Source of the DNA: Isurus oxyrinchus
Lineage: Eukaryota
Assembly (NCBI GenBank): GCA_026770705.1
Contig: JANJGN010000038.1
Location: 4,712,001-4,776,000 of the forward strand
Length of the DNA stretch: 64,000 bases
Reading direction: 5' to 3'
Shown here: in pieces, positions 61,262 through 64,000 of the stretch
Numbering within the stretch: position 1 is the first letter of the stretch
Layout: every line of letters begins with the position of its first letter
The notes under the pieces: model-generated
What the model saw: the letters and a program-made list of their open reading frames with translations, nothing else
Databases searched by the model: none
What the model was told of the DNA's origin: nothing
Position numbers and translations under genes: made by a program

Positions 61262-62419
61262 TGCCGTTTTCATTAACACAGTAACCTATAGAAACTGGCA
61301 CAAATTGACCTCTGAAAGTAGCCTCATTGAGGGTCGATGTTCCCTTCTTGTGTCCTCAGTGATATGTCGTAATGTTCAATCTTTCGGGTAAAACACGGCT
61401 ACGAGTCTCCAGGCAATGAGAAAGGAAATGTTACAATCGCACAAGCTGCAAGCATCTAAAATCCAAACAGGATAACGATTTTATTCAGAGGGAAGGAAGC
61501 AATATATTTTTATAGTATCTAATTTAGGTAATTCGCTCTCGACGTATTTGTGAACTTGTTGCAAACACTAACAGCTGGACATTACGATTGAATTTCACCA
61601 AATGCATTGAAGTTCACCAACGTCTTGTATCTAATGTAGCGTGTCACAGAACGTGGCATAAGTCAGTAACTTGCACGGGATATTTTGTAAATATTGAACC
61701 TTTCTTTTTCTGTTTGAGTTCCATTAAAGGCACTAGAATTTTAGAGTCCTGCACGAAGTTCACAAAAAATAAACAAGGGACATATAAATAAAAGGTTTCC
61801 CCTGTGGACAATTTTGTTACATTATTAGTTACCAACTGCTCATCTAAACGGTACTTTGTATTTTACTTCCTTCGGTGACATTAACAAGTGCAATAATTTG
61901 CATAGTGAATGAAATGCTAACTATATCGCTTTTGCCGTAGCAAAGCTTCCATGAGACCTGAAACACACGTGGGCATTTTTAGCCGTTGAGGTTATGTTAA
62001 AACCACCTCGTGAGGTGACGCTTCTCGCCGCTGCTGTAACCTGGGAGCGACAGTTGCGGTACAAGGTGGGACAGAACGAGACAGGTGCACTTCCGGCTCT
62101 AATGGCGGCTCCTTATCTCCAACTGTGTGGTGACAGAAGAAAAAGGCTGAATGCAAAGTAGGGCAATTCTATGAGACAAAATATTCAAAGAAAATGATTA
62201 AACATTTGAAAACGCTGGTGACACTACACGTTCACTCTCCAAGTGCATTTCTGGGGAACTGATTATAGAATTTATTTATTTTTTTAAATAAAGGACATGA
62301 AGTAGGATCAGAACAGACAAGGGGCTGGGGAATGTTTTCATGGAAAACATGAAACTAAGGCTGCTCTTTACAAACTTTACGTGTAAACTTACGCCGTGCA
62401 ACATCACCGCTTAAGAGCA

Positions 62420-62790
62420 GACAATGGCTTAGTAGCAATGTCACTAGAGTAATTATTCAGACACTCAGGCTCATCTTTGGAGGATGCCTATTCAAATCCC
62501 ACCACAGAAAGCTGGTAAAATTAACTTAACAAAATCTGAATTTATAATTCATTTCAATGATCTTGTCTGTGAATTATCAATGATTGTCACAAAACCCATG
62601 TAGTTCACTGATATCCTTCAGGGAAGGAAATCTGTCGCCCTTACCTGGTCTGGCCTCTATGTGACTACAGATTGATTGTTAACTGCCCTTTGATGAAACA
62701 CCCTAACAAGCCATTCAGCTCAGTGACATTTAGGGATGGACAGTTTATGCAGGTCTTGTCAGCGACGCCAACATCCTATGAAAGAACTAT
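62420..62790 (+). mobile_element. tRNA-derived SINE (same family as 12286-12682)
   Basis: ttcaaatcccacc, gggaaggaaatctgtcgcccttacctggtctggcc, tttagggatggac..gcgacgccaacatcc. Confidence 0.85.
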
Positions 62791-63209
62791 AAGAAATTTA
62801 GGAAGCACGTCAGGAAACTTTAGCCCAGCAAACCCCCAAAAAGCAGCAATGTGATCCTGACGATGTCACCCCTTTTTATTATATTGACTGAGGATAGATG
62901 TTCACCAACAGATCAGGCAGATCTTTAGTTTCCTCCCTTCCATCCTACTCACCTTCCTAACTTCACCCTTCCTCGGCCCTTCCTGATTTCGTTCTTCCAT
63001 TCCTCCCATCGAAATTCTTCAATATGTAATGTGAAGTTTTCACTGTCACAACTGAATGTTGTAGCCCACAACTGATACCCCACAACTGTTCTGTTATTGA
63101 GCAAATGCAGTTTGCCATTTTATACAATAGATATTGATGTTGAATCTGCAGACCGTGTATTCGGTGTCAAAAGGTGGGATGAGCCACATTTGCAATAAAC
63201 GAAATCAAA

Positions 63210-63305
63210 AATAAAAGTACATCTAAAAACCTCAGCATTTCTGACAGCATCTGCTAGGAGGAACACAGTTATTGTTTCGAGTCCGCATGACTCTTCAACA
63301 GAACG
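63210..63305 (-). mobile_element. Solo Penelope terminus with mutated hammerhead motif (63267-63304)
   Basis: GTT-CTGTTGA-A-GAGTC-atgcg-GACTC-GAAAC-AAT-AACT. Confidence 0.7.
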
Positions 63306-63735
63306 TGCCTGCTGTCCGAATAAACATATGCAAATGGTTGTAGTTTCTTCATCTTTGTCCCTTCCCAATGTTGACAACACATTCCACCATTAAAGTCATG
63401 TTCAGACGGAGTCTGCCGCTCTGCCAGCATGAAGTATTAATTCAGGGCACTGGGAGAGCTGCAATGCCCTTCTTGAAATATGCCAATGAATCATTTATGT
63501 GTAAAGGAGAAAGCAAACGGCGCTACAGTACAATACATTCGAAAGCTCCCACAGTTCTACACCGAAATGCCAGTCTACATTAAAAACGCAATCTCCAGAC
63601 TGGGACTTAAAATAACATTTTCTGATTCTGAGGCCAGAGTGCCACCACTGATCCACAAATCTGTAAAGGAATAACAGCAGTGCGACGGCTGATTGAAGCA
63701 GGGAATTCAGAGAATTCACAACAACTGGAGCTGAT

Positions 63736-63774
63736 AGTTTTTGTACCAGTGGTAAGGGTTTATGTAACGTGGTG
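63736..63774 (-). other. Recombination signal sequence with non-canonical heptamer: CACCACG - 23 bp - ACAAAAACT
   Basis: Nonamer 63744-63736 (8/9); heptamer at 23-bp spacing retains CAC only. Confidence 0.75.
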
Positions 63775-64000
63775 CTTCATAGCCGCGCAGTAACACACGG
63801 CTGAGTCAGAGAGCTGGGTGTCTGTGATGTTCAAAGGGATGTTTGTGTTGCTCCTATCCTGTACGGCTGAAAAGCGCTTTGCAAAAGCTGGTGCATTCTC
63901 TTCATTCCCAGCCGTGTGTCTGAGCAGCATATACTGAAGGCCTTTTCCCGAGTACTGTACGTACCAGAATAGGTAAGCAGTTGTGTATGTCACTGGGTAG
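63775..64000 (-). CDS. TCR alpha/delta-type V segment, 3' part (5' end outside window)
   Basis: YPVTYTTAYLFWYVQYSGKGLQYMLLR...FAKRFSAVQDRSNTNIPLNITDTQLSDSAVCYCAAMK; RSS follows. Confidence 0.9.

Overview
Repeat-rich vertebrate genomic DNA, almost certainly from a cartilaginous fish (shark-type CR1/L2-group LINEs, tRNA-derived SINEs, Penelope elements, and a GPR139-like GPCR expansion). The window covers the border between two gene clusters. (i) A birth-and-death cluster of two-exon GPR139/GPR142-like class-A GPCR genes: one intact 326-aa gene (48604-48535 + 47288-46378, minus), one gene with a single nonsense codon (30852-33985, plus), one multiply disabled pseudogene (22157-15871, minus), one exon-2 fragment (52861-52710) and probably two very old relics. 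(ii) Three T-cell-receptor alpha/delta-type V segments with recombination signals (55.4, 60.8 and 63.8 kb), all on the minus strand and pointing toward the GPCR cluster; one has an apparently intronless leader and a VNAR-sized CDR2 region. Also present: an intron-containing tRNA-Ile(UAU) gene, Penelope-derived insertions with target-site duplications and minimal hammerhead-ribozyme motifs, two duplicated CArG/CRE/TATA promoter modules followed by decayed MCL1-like coding traces, several degenerate minisatellite arrays (22/44, 23, 27/54, 31, 35, 67 bp) and foldback-type GC-skewed elements. Most short ORFs in the supplied track are repeat fragments or noise. All alignments and identities were made by eye; repeat boundaries are approximate.
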